A stretch of 62,030 nt of DNA, filler included, from Sphacelaria rigidula (Eukaryota): assembly GCA_964200075.2 (NCBI GenBank). It is 11 parts of 11 records of this genome, joined end to end, with 100 filler letters (N's around TTAATTAATTAA, not from the genome) between each part and the next. Parts side by side here need not be neighbours in the genome. Positions count along the whole stretch, not along the records: positions 1 to 5,549 come from CAXNAA020026427.1; positions 5,650 to 11,198 come from CAXNAA020026428.1; positions 11,299 to 16,846 come from CAXNAA020026429.1; 8 more parts are not named here. One strand, written 5' to 3'. How positions within the stretch are numbered: position 1 is the first letter of the stretch; every line of letters begins with the position of its first letter. A program made the position numbers and the translations under genes. The notes beneath the pieces are model-generated. The model ran no database searches. It had not been told where the DNA came from and saw only the letters and a program-made list of their open reading frames with translations. Shown here in pieces: positions 1 through 12,700 of this stretch.

Positions 1-637
1 TGTTGTTGTAGATGTAAGAAATACATACAACATGGTCGGTTGTGATATCGCAAGGAAGGCAAGCCTTCATAGTAATCCAACGTATGTATCTATGTATGTT
101 TATCTCTCACAAGGGGAAAGAACACTTCCCTCATCCCGCCAGTCCCCCACGCTGGCAAAGACAACAAGTTCGTTCACTTAGAGGAACAGCGCACCGCCTG
201 AGCAAGGTGCGCCGTCAATTTATATTCTTGGATGGGCTTCATGAGAGCCTCATACACGAAGGAGATCCAAACGTGGCAATCTTTGATCAAGTCAGAGGCC
301 GCCCCAGAATAGGATATGCGTTGTTGCTACGGTACACGCCAACACAACCTAACCTATAGATGAATCACCTTGCCCTACAGAGAAATAAGCCGGCATCTTT
401 TCATCGCCTTCTGCAAGGCACGCAACAGATATCAAAATACAAAGACCTCGAAGGGAGTCTCCTTCGCATATGAGGCCCGCCATCGCTAGTCGCCGGCGAG
501 GCAAGGGCATTCCAAATTCGAACAAGAGATTAGGCGCCGTCGAGGTATGGCTTGCTGAAACATATGTTCACATGGCCGAACTATGGTAAAGCTAAAGGAT
601 GTCACACCTCAATACGTATTAGATATCACCCAGGACT

Positions 638-2930
638 GTGGGGCGAGACCGACCTCAAGTAATGGGGAGGACGTCAGCATGGAACATCAAAACTTCACCG
701 TACAAAGCCGCAGACGTACTTCTCAACGCTGTGGAGTCAGAGGAAGATCAGAAGTGGCTGAATACAGAGGCGACATGCGACGAAATAAGGGGGCTCACGA
801 GGTCTCTCCTCCAGAAACACCCGCGGGTTGTGAACCTGATTGATCCCAACCTGGCAAATGACAGAAAGAGGAGGAACGGTGATGGCGTGGTATGCAACAG
901 CATCCATGAACTTTGGGTAAAACTGTCCGAGCCAGATATCGTCGCCTCTGAGGGAGGAAGGCAGATCCTCAGGTCCGTTTTAGGCGCTATGTGCGGGGAA
1001 TCCACAACGTATGCAGATGCCAAAGAGTTCATTCTAGGGCTCCTGAGCCGAGAAGCGTTTTATGGTACGAAGAGGAGGCGATAGGGCGCTATGGAAAATG
1101 GAGAGCCGCACCGCATGTGAGTCACGACGACTGAGGTGGATGTCGATGATGCGTATACGAACAGTATTCCCCCCCACAAGTGCCACGGACAGACACACCC
1201 ATCACAACATCCACCAATCTGAAGACGGAATACTTTCATCAACGCTCACTCGCGATGATACGTCGGCTGCCGAGCATCCCGCGTGTATGAAAATAGAGTC
1301 TGATGCGTATCCACCCCCCTTGCGTATCCGGCATCCACCTATGCCATGCTGCCGTCTCCCAGCGTGTCCGACAGGAAGCCGCGATCAGATCGACTGGAGG
1401 TCACGTGTCCCAACGCACTGGCCTGGATTGAAGAACGGATCACATTTCACACCCAGCCGTCTCTATGTGAGGTGAAATGGAAGCACGACTATTGACCCGG
1501 CAACCACAAACGCTCAGACGCAGACCACTTACTGGTGTGCGTTAAACCCGAGCTATGCTCTCGTATGCCTGTTCGGTACTTGATGGGCACGAAACTGAAG
1601 CTCTACGACGACACCATGACAGAGATGGAAGAGGCGGTGAGACAACATGTGCCACACAGGCGTCGCATAGGAGTTTATGCCTAACCATGGCATTGCTCGA
1701 CAATATAGACGATCGCATCGTTGTTCATACTAGACTCGGGAAAACATATTCTCTACCACATCCATGACTGCGGGACGCTAACACCTCCCGCAATGGGCAG
1801 GCGATGACATCTTGCTCTAGTGAATGTTTTCATATGTGAATCTCGTCCGAACCGTCGATCTCCTGCCCGTCATACATGTAGGAGGTCCCCAGCGAGCCCA
1901 GATGTGTAGCTATTGTCATGTGCAGTATTGGTGTAGGAGTATCGACATCGGAATACACGCTTGCTCATCCCCTTTCAGAACAACAGGGAGGGAGCGTGAA
2001 GTTGGAAGGAGGGAAGATTATTTTACTTCTGCTTAGTCACCAAACACGGATGCTTTTTCTTCTGCATTTGTGCATCCTCACTCAGTTTCAAACGGGTGCA
2101 GTGGAGGTGGAGAACATCAGCCGAAGAGCCTTCAGCGACTTTGAAGCAGAACCGCTTTCCAAGGAGGATATCTGCTGGTGCCCAGTACTACCCAAGCTTT
2201 TCAATATCGGAACAGAAGTCGACAAAAGTTCACGGGACCGTCTTTGTCCCAGAGTGCGAAACTATGGAGGGTCAAGAAAACGTTTAGAGCCAGTGCCACC
2301 TCGGTTCAAACAGACCGCAAGTCGAGACGTCACAGATACAAACTGCATTGGGGGGGGGGATTAAGCCTTCTTTTCGCTGCGGAGGTCGAGTGGATCGTAG
2401 ACAAAGGATACGTGGAGAAAAACAAGGTCAAAACCAGGTAGTCGACGTCGGCGAGTCTCCGTGGTGCTGGTGCCAATTTGAAGTTCGGTGTGTGGAGTAG
2501 GATGTGTGTCAAGGAGTTTGTGGTGCGTGGAGTAGGATCACCGCTTGATTGATACACGTGAAATCCCACAAAAACGAACAACATGACCTTCACCGAGGGT
2601 GAAGTTCCCCAGAAATGCCAACGAAACACTAGTCGTGCCTACCGGGAGCCCATCGCCTTGCAAGCAGACCTCCCCAAACGAGCTCACCCTCCTCGCCTGC
2701 AACCTCGATTTTGGCTACTAGGTGAACATTTTTGCCGAAAACGTGCAACCCTATCGTAGCACGACTCAATATCGAATTCACGAGATTCGATCACCGTCGT
2801 CGTGGGGACAAATCTGTTGGCAAACTGGTTGTGCAAACCATTTTTTCTGTCCCGATAACAAGCGGTCGTGTACACTTGTCTTGAAAGTACCAACGTCACA
2901 CACAACAAGTGCAACAATGGGACAACAAAG
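638..2930 (+). pseudogene. Degenerate, intron-containing DNA-transposase-like gene (superfamily uncertain)
   Basis: ORF 638-1084 continues past one stop into a GT..AG intron (1117-1362, phase 2), giving ...EPHRI|VSDRKPRSDRLEVTCPNALAWIEERITFHTQPS. Later fragments include CSYCH and IFAENVQ (resembles DFAENY) with many stops and frameshifts. Confidence 0.4.
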
Positions 2931-3134
2931 ATGTGAGCGACCTAGACCCTTCCCCTTACCCCATCCTTTCCCCCCACTTGACGCGGCGCCCCCGTCGTGA
3001 GGATTGGCGTCGGTCGGCAACGATGCTGTAAAACACGTTACTCACTGAGTAAGCTAACCAACCAGGTTACCATTTCGTTATTCGCTGGCTTTCTTCTGCA
3101 GTAACAATGATGGTGGTCGACTTAGATCATATTG

Positions 3135-3390
3135 TGCGGGGTGGAGAACCTTAACTCCGCGCAAACGGGATGTTCGTACAATGTAGTATTTCACTCGAAA
3201 TCAGCATTTAAGTGGTCAGACACCTATGAGGTAGCGTGTAACCAAAACCCGTGATTGGCTAGTGGCTGGTTTCTCAAAGTGGCGATACGGAAAAAGGAAG
3301 CAACTCATTCGAGGCTGCCATCCACATGCAAGGTAATTAGTACGGTTCGAGCCGAACAACCACAGCATGATGTGGCTCACCCTCAGAGGA
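3135..3390 (+). repeat. Dispersed repeat family (other copies ~29460-29508, 30773-31110, 61775-62030)
   Basis: Shared blocks gagaacctcagctccgcgca, aatggtgagacacc, gaagtggcgata, gcaactcattcgaggctg and ggatgcagctcaccctccatgcgactc. Confidence 0.75.
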
Positions 3391-4564
3391 GCTCAGTTCA
3401 GTACGCCCACACACGAGCATAGCTGTTTTTTCCCTTGTCGCGCATGCTGTTTCTCCCCTCTCTACAGCCCCTACAATTTATCGATCGGATCTTTGTGCAC
3501 CCCTGACAGTGCCCAGGAGAAAAAATGATCTGCCTCGTCCGCAGTGACCGCTCATTCGAGGCTACCGTCGTCACCGACGATTTCTTCCCGCTATGATGCC
3601 AATATGCAGCAGTTGTTTTTTGTTTCGTCACGCACACTTTGACTGCCTCCCCATCCTTGAGACGAGTCCGCGATCTCGGGGGATCAACCCATCTCATTTC
3701 TCCCCCGGTATGCGCCTCGCGTTTTGGTGTCGGCGAGTGGATCAGCACTCTTCCCTAGACACGTCCTGCTCCTGCCATATATGTCAGCGACCGGAATCAG
3801 ATGCTTCGAAAAACGAACCCAAATTAATCTGGCGAGAATCGAACCCACGTTCTTCTACCTATCCCCAATAATAATGATGCCAGTTGTACCATTATGATTC
3901 AACTACCGGGGCGCGGCGGCTGAATTGGACCCGACGTGAGCCGTTTTGGTCGAGAACATGTAGCATTGGTTTATCTCCACATTTCCATGTGTCGTATAAA
4001 AAAATATGGGGAAGGGCGGGATAGTGCTCAGTTTCGCGGCAAAGCTGCGTCTTATCCATTGTAGCTACTGGGTACTCTAAACTGACCCTGCAAAACAGCA
4101 AGGTACTTGGTGCACGGTTTGTCTCAACTTTCTTCTTCTGGTGGTGCTGTTATTATCTGTTTTGCGTCACTTTTTTCGTTTGCTTTATTTTGCCATTGGT
4201 ACATGCTGCTGTGGACTGGGCAGAAGAAGAAGGTATGGCCCCAAAATACGGTTCTTCGGCTGTTGCGGCGCAATGAACATCGAGAATGTAGGAAAGCTCA
4301 AGCCATAGATGTGTCCATTTTATCGACCCGGGTCGGTTCGGTCGAGCGAAACTATCGAAGAGCGAGAACCAGGGATTGTAAGCCCATAGGACCCCCAAAG
4401 ACCGGTGAGCCCGTATCTCGGGCACAATTCAAATTTTGTCGTAGATTATGTCTCGATTCCTAACGTTCAGGATCATCAAACGGAAGGAACCGTGATGAGT
4501 CGTGGTGCCCGAAAAAACTGAAAAAAACGATTTCGATGGAAAATTCGAAGTTTGAAGTTTGAAG

Positions 4565-4975
4565 ACGAGCTAGGCCGCCAGTATAACATGCATATCCCGA
4601 GCACATGAAAGCTTTTTCAATTTCCCGAATCAGCCCGACGTAAATATATCGCTATGAACTGCAGACCAACCTAGCCACGCACGCTCTCCTGTGAAAAAGA
4701 TATACTGAAAAAAATATACTGCATAATAATGTATAACTTCAACGACGGGACCTGGTCCTGCGACACGAAAGAGAATCTGTCGAGAATTTTACTCGTGACC
4801 TCCATAACTAAAATTTCCTGGTGTATTACATACATGGAGTACCGGGCGCCACAGCGGTGTCACACGAAAAACTCTGCATTGGGCCTAATTTTACGAGGTT
4901 TTAGCCGAGATTTCACCAGGATCTTCGGCGCGCAAGTAAAAATTTCATGACCGGGGATGCCGCCGTTTTTTTCAT
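4565..4975 (+). mobile_element. Non-autonomous repeat; inverted copy at ~12345-12730
   Basis: acgagctaggccg...ctgcagaccaacct...caacgacgg...tgaccggggatgccgc aligns in reverse complement with 12345-12730. Confidence 0.75.
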
Positions 4976-5402
4976 ATTTTTCTCCCTATAATAGCAAACA
5001 AAAAATTAAATCCCGTAAAAACTCTTTTTTGGCCCTTCGTCGTTCGATGTCCTAAAAGAGAGCTAGGCGGACTTTGACACCTCCGAATGAGTTGATCTGC
5101 TCCTTTAGGCGGTTCCAGGATACCTCCGCATTTTCCGGTGGCCGCAGTTTCTATTTTGGCCAAACAAGCGTTTGTGTCCACAGATGGTCAAGTCCAGAGA
5201 AAAATCGGAGTTTTTTCCAGATTTGGCCGTTCTTGGTCGTTCTTGGACAAAAATTCAAGTTCGGCCCAACCAAATCAAATTTGCGGCCATCGGACAATAC
5301 GAAAATGTGCGAGAACCGTTTTAACGAGTAGAGAAATTAATCATCCCAAGGTGTCAAACTCCGCCTAGCTCTCTTTCAGGCTTAAAACGACGAAGAAGGA
5401 CC
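4975..5402. mobile_element. Foldback-type MITE with internal inverted repeats; related copy ~30335-30660
   Basis: cttcgtcgtt...gagagctaggcggactttgacac (5035-5080) is inverted against gtgtcaaactccgcctagctctc...acgacgaag (5351-5395). The same motifs occur at 30420-30530. Confidence 0.7.
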
Positions 5403-5549
5403 GACACTTTCTACGATAGCCCCCCCCAAAAAGTGCATGGTTTTGGGAGGCAAAATCTTCGCGTAAATCGAACTACTGCTGGGAAAAGCCGAGCACAACG
5501 AGAAGCTGGGAATTCCCACGCTTGGGTTCGTTCTAGCCAATGTCGCCAA
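5403..5549. mobile_element. MITE with GACACTTTCTACGATAGCCCC termini (partial, cut by gap)
   Basis: Same terminus and body as the complete copies at 45995-46280 and 47615-47855; a further copy lies at ~21975-22210. Confidence 0.8.
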
Positions 5550-5649
5550 NNNNNNNNNNNNNNNNNNNNNNNNNNNNNNNNNNNNNNNNNNNNTTAATTA
5601 ATTAANNNNNNNNNNNNNNNNNNNNNNNNNNNNNNNNNNNNNNNNNNNN

Positions 5650-6003
5650 GCATAATATCGTTTGACCATTGATCGCGCACCCCTTTCGAGACGGAGCATC
5701 GTTCCTACTCCTAATAGAGACACCTGCAACATCTCGGTGCTTATTACATTTCTTCCACACACTACACAAGACCCTTTTACATACCTTATCCCCGTCCTGT
5801 TTTGCCGTCTACGTCTGTGGCCACCATATATCTCATTTTATAGCTATTGTTTTCTCGCTACTGTCTAATGCATCAAACGATATTATGCTATCTTCGTTTA
5901 CGTCCCGCACTTCCCCTTCTAGCACGTCCCGTTCCTCCTTGTATAGTTCACATTCTGCCACTTTATGGGTTCTTCTTTCTAATGCTTCGCCACAGGGGCA
6001 GTG
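5650..6003 (-). mobile_element. Non-LTR retrotransposon (LINE) ORF2 3' fragment with C-terminal CCHC zinc knuckle
   Basis: CPCGEALERRTHKVAECELYKEERDVLE matches the C-terminal zinc-knuckle pattern of LINE ORF2. Homologous 3' ends at 22217-22494 and 56343-56382. Confidence 0.75.
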
Positions 6004-6658
6004 GGGGGGGGCTGAAGCACCCATGACTTCCATTGGACCGAGGGATTTTCCAGAGGAAACAATCGATGGGCAGTCGGATGAAGAGAGTGTTGAACGTTGT
6101 AATAGGATCTCCGGCTGACACTTGTCTGCACACTTTAGTGGGAGAAATAGGAGCCCCGCCCTGCGGCACGCGAGTCCAGCAAACAGTGTTTTCAAAGAAA
6201 CCCGAAAGCGACGGTGACAGGCACGCCATCCGTGCGAGTTGAGGACAATACGTCGGCCGTCTCATGGACCAATGTAGTTCTCGGGTTCACTCCTTTCAGA
6301 ACGGCGCGAGTGGACGCGGCACATTCCACCGAATACTCGAGTCTCATGCAATCACGCTCATCATCGCCAGTATGACGCCGCCGGGGGTCCGTGTCGACTG
6401 TAAAAGGGAAGCCGATTGGCAAGGGTGTACCCACAGGTGAAAAAAAAACACAAACTAAAGACGCCGACCCTCACTCATCCGAAACCCGAAACGTTGTACT
6501 CGACTTCGTCAAATAGTCCATGACTGTTTTTTACTAGGATGCAGTGCAAACGCCGAGACTCGGTTCTTCGGGGGGCTGACAGTCTCACGCGCTCCCTGGC
6601 ATACGCGGCACGCCTTTTCCGCGATTTAATCAGACCGACGCGCATTTTTGCCCATAGA

Positions 6659-7187
6659 TAGGCCCTGACTTCTAAGGCATGCCTTACTTTTTGCCTTAGA
6701 GCCCCTTTTCAGAAAGGGGTTGCCTGAGAGGGGGTTATGGCGCCTGAGATGCCTTGTCTGGGCGAGGCAAACACATATACTACAACAAAGAATGGAAGCA
6801 AGGCACACGAATGACGACGCCAACTCCAATTAGTCGGGATACCGAGGTTTTACTTTCTGCCTCAAAGCCTCTTTTCGAAAAGGGGTTGCCTGATAGGGTG
6901 TTTTATGCCTTATTTGACGAAGGCAAACACAATATACTTTAAAAAAAATAGCTACGAGTCAAGCTTATGACAGCGCTCACTCCAATTATTTGGGTAACCG
7001 GAGTGACTGTGTAAGGCAAGTCTAAGGCAAGTCTCAGGCATCCCGAGCTATACACCAAGGCATTTCAGGCATGAATACGGGGTAAGGCATGCCTTAGCAG
7101 TTGCCTGAGGCCAACTATCTTGCCTGAGACGTGCCTTAGACGGTTTACCTTAGACCCCCTTCGGCACGCCTTAGAAGTCAGGGCTTA
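6659..7187. mobile_element. hAT-like MITE with GCCTTA/TAAGGC subterminal motifs
   Basis: ~25-bp TIR tag/aagccctgacttctaaggcatgcc; 8-bp flanks cccataga / cccatagt (7/8 match TSD); many internal gcctta/taaggc motifs. Confidence 0.8.
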
Positions 7188-8288
7188 CCCATAGTACACT
7201 CTGTTTCCGTTCTTGCCCCAGTGTTCTCGGTTTGCCTTCGATTGGGGTTGGGGTTCGGGATAGCGCTAGCTTGTTCTCGTCAAGAGCAAACCGAAGCCAT
7301 GTTTCCCCGTTCGGCAGCGATGTAATGAGAATACTAGATGAAGTACTGTATACTACTGTGCAGTAGGTGTACGACGTACTTGCAGATCTCTCGCATGCTC
7401 AAGGTCGATGTAAAATCAAAACCGCCCAGTTAACACTTTCTTCTTTGGCAGCCAATCATATGCTCAGCACGCAATCCATAGGTCGCAATTCAGGCACAGA
7501 GAAGATTGGCTGAAGCCAAGCTGAAGTGAGAACATATCTGCGGTCGAGTGCGAGAATCAGTGTTAGTGTTTCAATATGTGCACAAGATAGGGGTGGTATA
7601 CCACGTATGTGGGTGATCATGTTTCACGATGAATGGATGCACCTTTTTCATCAAGCTCTTTTGTGAACATGCTTTGAATATAACGCAGCATGCAGGGGGG
7701 GGAACTGCATTTTGTTTCCAGTACTTCTGGTTTTACAGCCTTCAAGGTTGCCACAAAGCTGACCATCGTGCGCTATGGTACAGCGGCACATATATAGAAC
7801 GTTTCATCAATCAGTACCAAGTAGCGAGGACGATCCGAAGTGGGGGGGGTGGAACGCGGAAGATTTAAATTTCAAACATACATCGAGAACTTGATCGGAC
7901 TGACCATATCGTAACAGTACGGTAGCTGCACACCCAGCCACCGAGTATCCTGTGTCTACCGCACGTTGCTGCGTGTACCACCACGCGCAATAGCGGGCGA
8001 GAGAGAGAGGGCGTACCTACGTCCAGGATTCTACTGGAAGACAGTCTGGATATAGTAGTCCCGATAGCGCCCCCTCGTGCACGCAGGTGGTGCCAAGTAA
8101 GCGCGCCGATACACTGGACACCAAGACCATTTGTACATGCCGTGTACTGTACCATCCCACAACCGCCGCATGTCTTCATCTTTTCAAAAGCTGTTGTCAA
8201 ATCTCCATCGATTATTCATACCACAACTTAGCCCGAATGCCCTGCATAGTCAAGTGCAGCACATGCGTCGCCGCCCCTTGCCCCTTAC

Positions 8289-8372
8289 CATGGCGCCCAA
8301 GCGCGTTGTTAGCTCCTCGTGCACATCCAGACTGTCCAGCGATTTCGGCCTGTGCTTGTCGACCCACAGCAT
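8289..8372 (-). CDS. RFC3: Replication factor C subunit (RFC3/Rfc5 type), first coding exon
   Basis: ATG at 8372 encodes MLWVDKHRPKSLDSLDVHEELTTRLGAM, then a gtaagg donor. This matches the conserved LWVDKYRP N-terminus. Not in the ORF track because it is short; later exons were not found. Confidence 0.85.
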
Positions 8373-9516
8373 CTTCTCTTCGGAAGTGTGTACCCTACAA
8401 TATAGATGTGCTGTACTGTATTCCTATACCCGACTTGAATGCTCGCAATAAAGGGCAGATAGCAAAACCAGCGGCTGTCTCAGAAGAGTACTTCACAAGC
8501 TGGAACGAGCGGGAGAGGGTGCTATAAAGGTCGGCTCCTCTCGCGAATTTGAAAACACGAAACTTACACCGATGATATTTGGTCATCAGACAGTCCACCA
8601 TGGATTTCTCTCAGCATTTTTCACGCACAAACGAAGGGGTACATACGTCTTTATTTTTGAGTGGAATCCCAAGATACGTACGATGTCATAGCGAGCGGGG
8701 CGTGCGTCTTCGTGCGCTGCAATCAACTATGATAATGGCCGGGAAATAAGGGTATCAGAATTCGTCACGTTGTATAACACCCCCATCACCATTACTCCGG
8801 GGCGTCAATCTCCCCGCATTCATGGTTCCATACCCTTGACATATCATTTTCTCCCACCGGTGTGTTGCCCTGTTATACTAGGGGACCAGGCACTGATAAG
8901 GTGGGGAAAGAACAACAACGCCGGCGTGCCCTGCATGCGTATCTATCGGTTAAAACATTCGATATTTGGGTCGTTGCTGCGAGAGGTTGAAAACGGCAGG
9001 TATCCAGTAGCACCAGTGCGGCATTGGAACCCATGAGGTTGGCAGTTTTTTGTTCGCATTATTTTTAATTGTATCGCGTCTGTGTGATTCGTCTGGGTCT
9101 GTTTTTTTTCTCATGCCCTACTTTGGGTACTTAGCCTGCGAACACGGAAGGTGTCCGCATCAGATGCCCGGTACAGAGTACTGCGCAGATATCGGGACGG
9201 TTTTGAATGTGAAGACAACAAGAACAAGCCCGCCATGACGAAAGACAGATTATTTGAAAGCTAATGGTCACTAGATAGGAAGACTGCCGTTTTTGTTTTT
9301 ATCTCGACCGCCCGCTACTAACAAACTTATTTTCACGTAGTGGTCACTATCTACCGACCATCCCCCCCAAACCCCAACCCCAACCCTAACCCAACCCCCC
9401 AACCCTGAACACACACGCACATGCATCTACACAAAACTAGCACGAGGGGAGTATTTCCGTCACCCTCTTCTACACTCTGATTCGTCTGCAACGCACTTGT
9501 ACATGATACACAAAAA

Positions 9517-9723
9517 CTATGGTGGTGGCGCTACTGAGCCCGAGTTCGTGTTCAGCTGGAGCTCTTTCCGTTCGCCTCGCGTGTGCTCCAATCCCCTCTC
9601 CGGCGTAATAACGCAGATGTCGATATTGCTGCCACTGCCCAAGTCATTTTCTATTCCAGCCTCGATTGCAGCTACAACGAGTCCCTTTGCTTCTTTCTCG
9701 TCCATGCCCTCGCGGTGCCCTCC
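9517..9723 (-). CDS. PSMB7: Proteasome subunit beta type-7 (beta2), terminal exon
   Basis: cag acceptor at 9724-9726, then [40 protein letters not shown]...* containing the diagnostic [14 protein letters not shown] motif. Upstream exons were not found on this contig. Confidence 0.88.
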   Translation of the reverse strand, partial: GGHREGMDEKEAKGLVVAAIEAGIENDLGSGSNIDICVITPERGLEHTRGERKELQLNTNSGSVAPPP

Positions 9724-12700
9724 CTGTGAGAACAGTCGGCGAAAGAAAGGGGGTGACAGATGAAGGAGGATCTTCGTTGCGCACAGTACCCATACTGTAG
9801 CTGCATCGAAGAATACTGTAGAGATACGGGTTGGAAGCAGAGATACATATTATAATGTAGAACGTGCAGTCATACGCTGCCGCATGGTGACGACATGAAG
9901 CGGAATAATCATGAATCCGGAGCATGTACGCTGACCTTGACGTGGCGTGTGTATCCCTTTGCGTGTCCATCTTCGAGTGGAAAAGCGTGCCAGACAACGA
10001 ACATGCGTAATTGGAAGGCAACAGGAAACACAATCGAATGCTGTCTGAAAAACGACTCTGTATGCCATAGTTGTTGCACTGTTATGGGCGCGCCTGACCC
10101 CCCAAAATGAGCCCAAAAAGTGTCACCGACCAAAAGCACGAACAGACCGGAGATCTCGTTCATCCCCTGATTATGCACGCCGTGAAATGAAAAGTGCGAT
10201 GCGACGCCCAATTTGAGGTGTTTTTGGCCGGAACTTTACAGGGATCTCCTGAACGCGAGTGCCCACAACATTGTTCGGGGTGCAGCCGTATTTATCATTT
10301 TTTCACGGAGTTGTAGCATATTGCCTCCCCCCAAGGACTTGTGATTTGAGTGGGGTTTCCACTCGACGATTTCCCATTTTCGTTGTCCCGGGCTACGAAC
10401 CACGGCGTACCTAGGCTACTCACCGGCGTGTATTTGTCCAAGCTACAATCTGGAAAGATTGTGGAACCAAAGGAGTTACGGTGATCGAGAAAATCGCAAA
10501 AAAACCATTTTTTTCCCACTTAATTTTTTATAAAACTCGACTCCCGATGAGATAAAAAAATATGTTGACCGAGTTTTTAGCTGCCGTTTTGACGCAAATG
10601 ATGCAAAAAATCGCATCCCAATCGATGGCCTTGACGATGAGTAATTGGGGCAACCGTTTGGGCTACGGGCGTAAACCAGCACCTCCAACCCTCGCCGGTT
10701 TTCACGACATGCGAACACGTCACCCCTGTCCGACGGCCTCAGAATAGATTACACTCATGGATGACTCTTGATACTGCAGATGGTTGATACATCGCATGTG
10801 TGGACTGTTTGGCAAGTAGGTGTAGAATTGAACCTTTGACCAAACCCCTAGAGGCTTCCGCGTGTGCGGATATTTACCCCCACATCTGTGCATCGCTTGT
10901 GATAGTGGCAAGAGTAGCGCTCGTTCTCCTGCACCCGGTGCCATCAACACGCCACCGTCGATAGCGTAGCTTTGTATCTCATCTCACCCGGCGGCAAGTG
11001 TGGACAAACTCTGAACTGACGGAGAAAAGAAAGCCACAGAGAATGGTAGAGGCACAGCTCCCATGAAAAGATCCGGATTCCGGAGTTTACAATAATATCA
11101 AGATGGATCAACTTATCCTCCCCAATGGTCAACTATACTGCGTCAAGGCGACACAGAAGACAGCATAAAGTCGTCAGCCCACTTTTGCTGAAGCCACANN
11201 NNNNNNNNNNNNNNNNNNNNNNNNNNNNNNNNNNNNNNNNNNTTAATTAATTAANNNNNNNNNNNNNNNNNNNNNNNNNNNNNNNNNNNNNNNNNNNNGT
11301 TTTCGCCAGAATGCGCACGCGGCGGGATGTGGCCAATCAGGCGGCTGCATTAGTAGCTTTTCTGGGGGGGGGTGTGAGCTATACCGGATGTTGGCGAAAA
11401 TACCGTCGGTATACCGGTTTTTGGCGATTGCCATCCCGAGAGAGTGGGTTTCATGCCAAGTGAGTATATACTTGATGCACTCACGTTCAAGACATGAAGT
11501 TGATGGTACTTTTGTATGTTTAAAGAGAGAACTCGGCCATATTATTGGTCACTACGGCATTGGAGTCGACAGGAAATAGGGATACCGTTCGCGGTCAGAC
11601 ACGCTGCGAGGTGCTTGATATGTCGATATTTATACCTGCGTCGACAGTGACAGTGCCGCAACAACGCCGAATCAGCAGCTGACGTCCTAAAATACGCAAC
11701 GGTGCCTGAACTGGCTTCGTAGTGCCGCACCACATTCCCCCCTGCTGCGGAAACTGCAAACTGGCTATATGTCATCGCTGTGTGAGTCGGTTCTCGCGCG
11801 CTTGCCTAGCCCTTCCTAGGGCTGGGGTGCCTTTTTCACTGGGTGGCTGTGATGCGCGCTTGTGTGTGTGGTGATTTTTTCCTAGGGGGTGTGAGTTGAG
11901 GCCGGTGACTTGTGCGTTGAGCTCTGTAGTAAATCAAGTTATTCAGCGAAGAAGTGCGCGGGGCTACTGTAGCGATCAATGTGCTATTTTCTATATAGAC
12001 GCCAAACACCCACATGCTTTTGAAAAAGGCGTTTTTGTGCAGCGAGGAAAGAGCTGCTCTGAACCCCGAGTGTGGCACCGTCCATCTCAAGGTCAAGAAC
12101 AGGACGGAACCGCAAAATTGAGGCACTACAAGCTGAGCCAGCCGACCGTTTTTTGTCGGCTTACAGATGATGTCGGGCTTAATTTGAAGAGTCAGGCGCT
12201 GAAAAATTGACACAACATTTTCATCATCAATACGCACAAAATATTTGAGGTTGCCGAGAAAACGAAATAAACAGAAAGTGAGAGTGATCTGAAACTTTGG
12301 CAAAAACTAGGAAACATGATAAATTTATGAAAAAAACAAAAAAGAAGCGGCATCCCCGGTCACGATTCATCTACTTGCGCACTGAATATCCCGGGGACAG
12401 TTTCGGCAAAACCCCTTGAATCGAGCCAAGCAATGATATTTGTGTATGACATCGCTGCGCATCGATAATCCAAGCGATACAGGAAACACCAGTTATGGAG
12501 GTGACGAGTCGAATACAGATATATCGTCCTTTTTTCGCAAAATCTGGTTCCGTCGTTGAGGCCATATATCATGCAGCAGATATTTTCTTTTTCTTTTTCA
12601 GCGGCAGAGCGTGCATGACCAGGTTGGTCTGCAGTTTACAGCGATATACTTACATAGGGATGATTCGGGAGACGGAATTTGTTTTATTTCGTGCTCGAGA

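Noticed and set aside
5594..5605. Regularly spaced TTAATTAATTAA motif as a biological repeat
   Set aside because: It is an assembly linker embedded in N runs.
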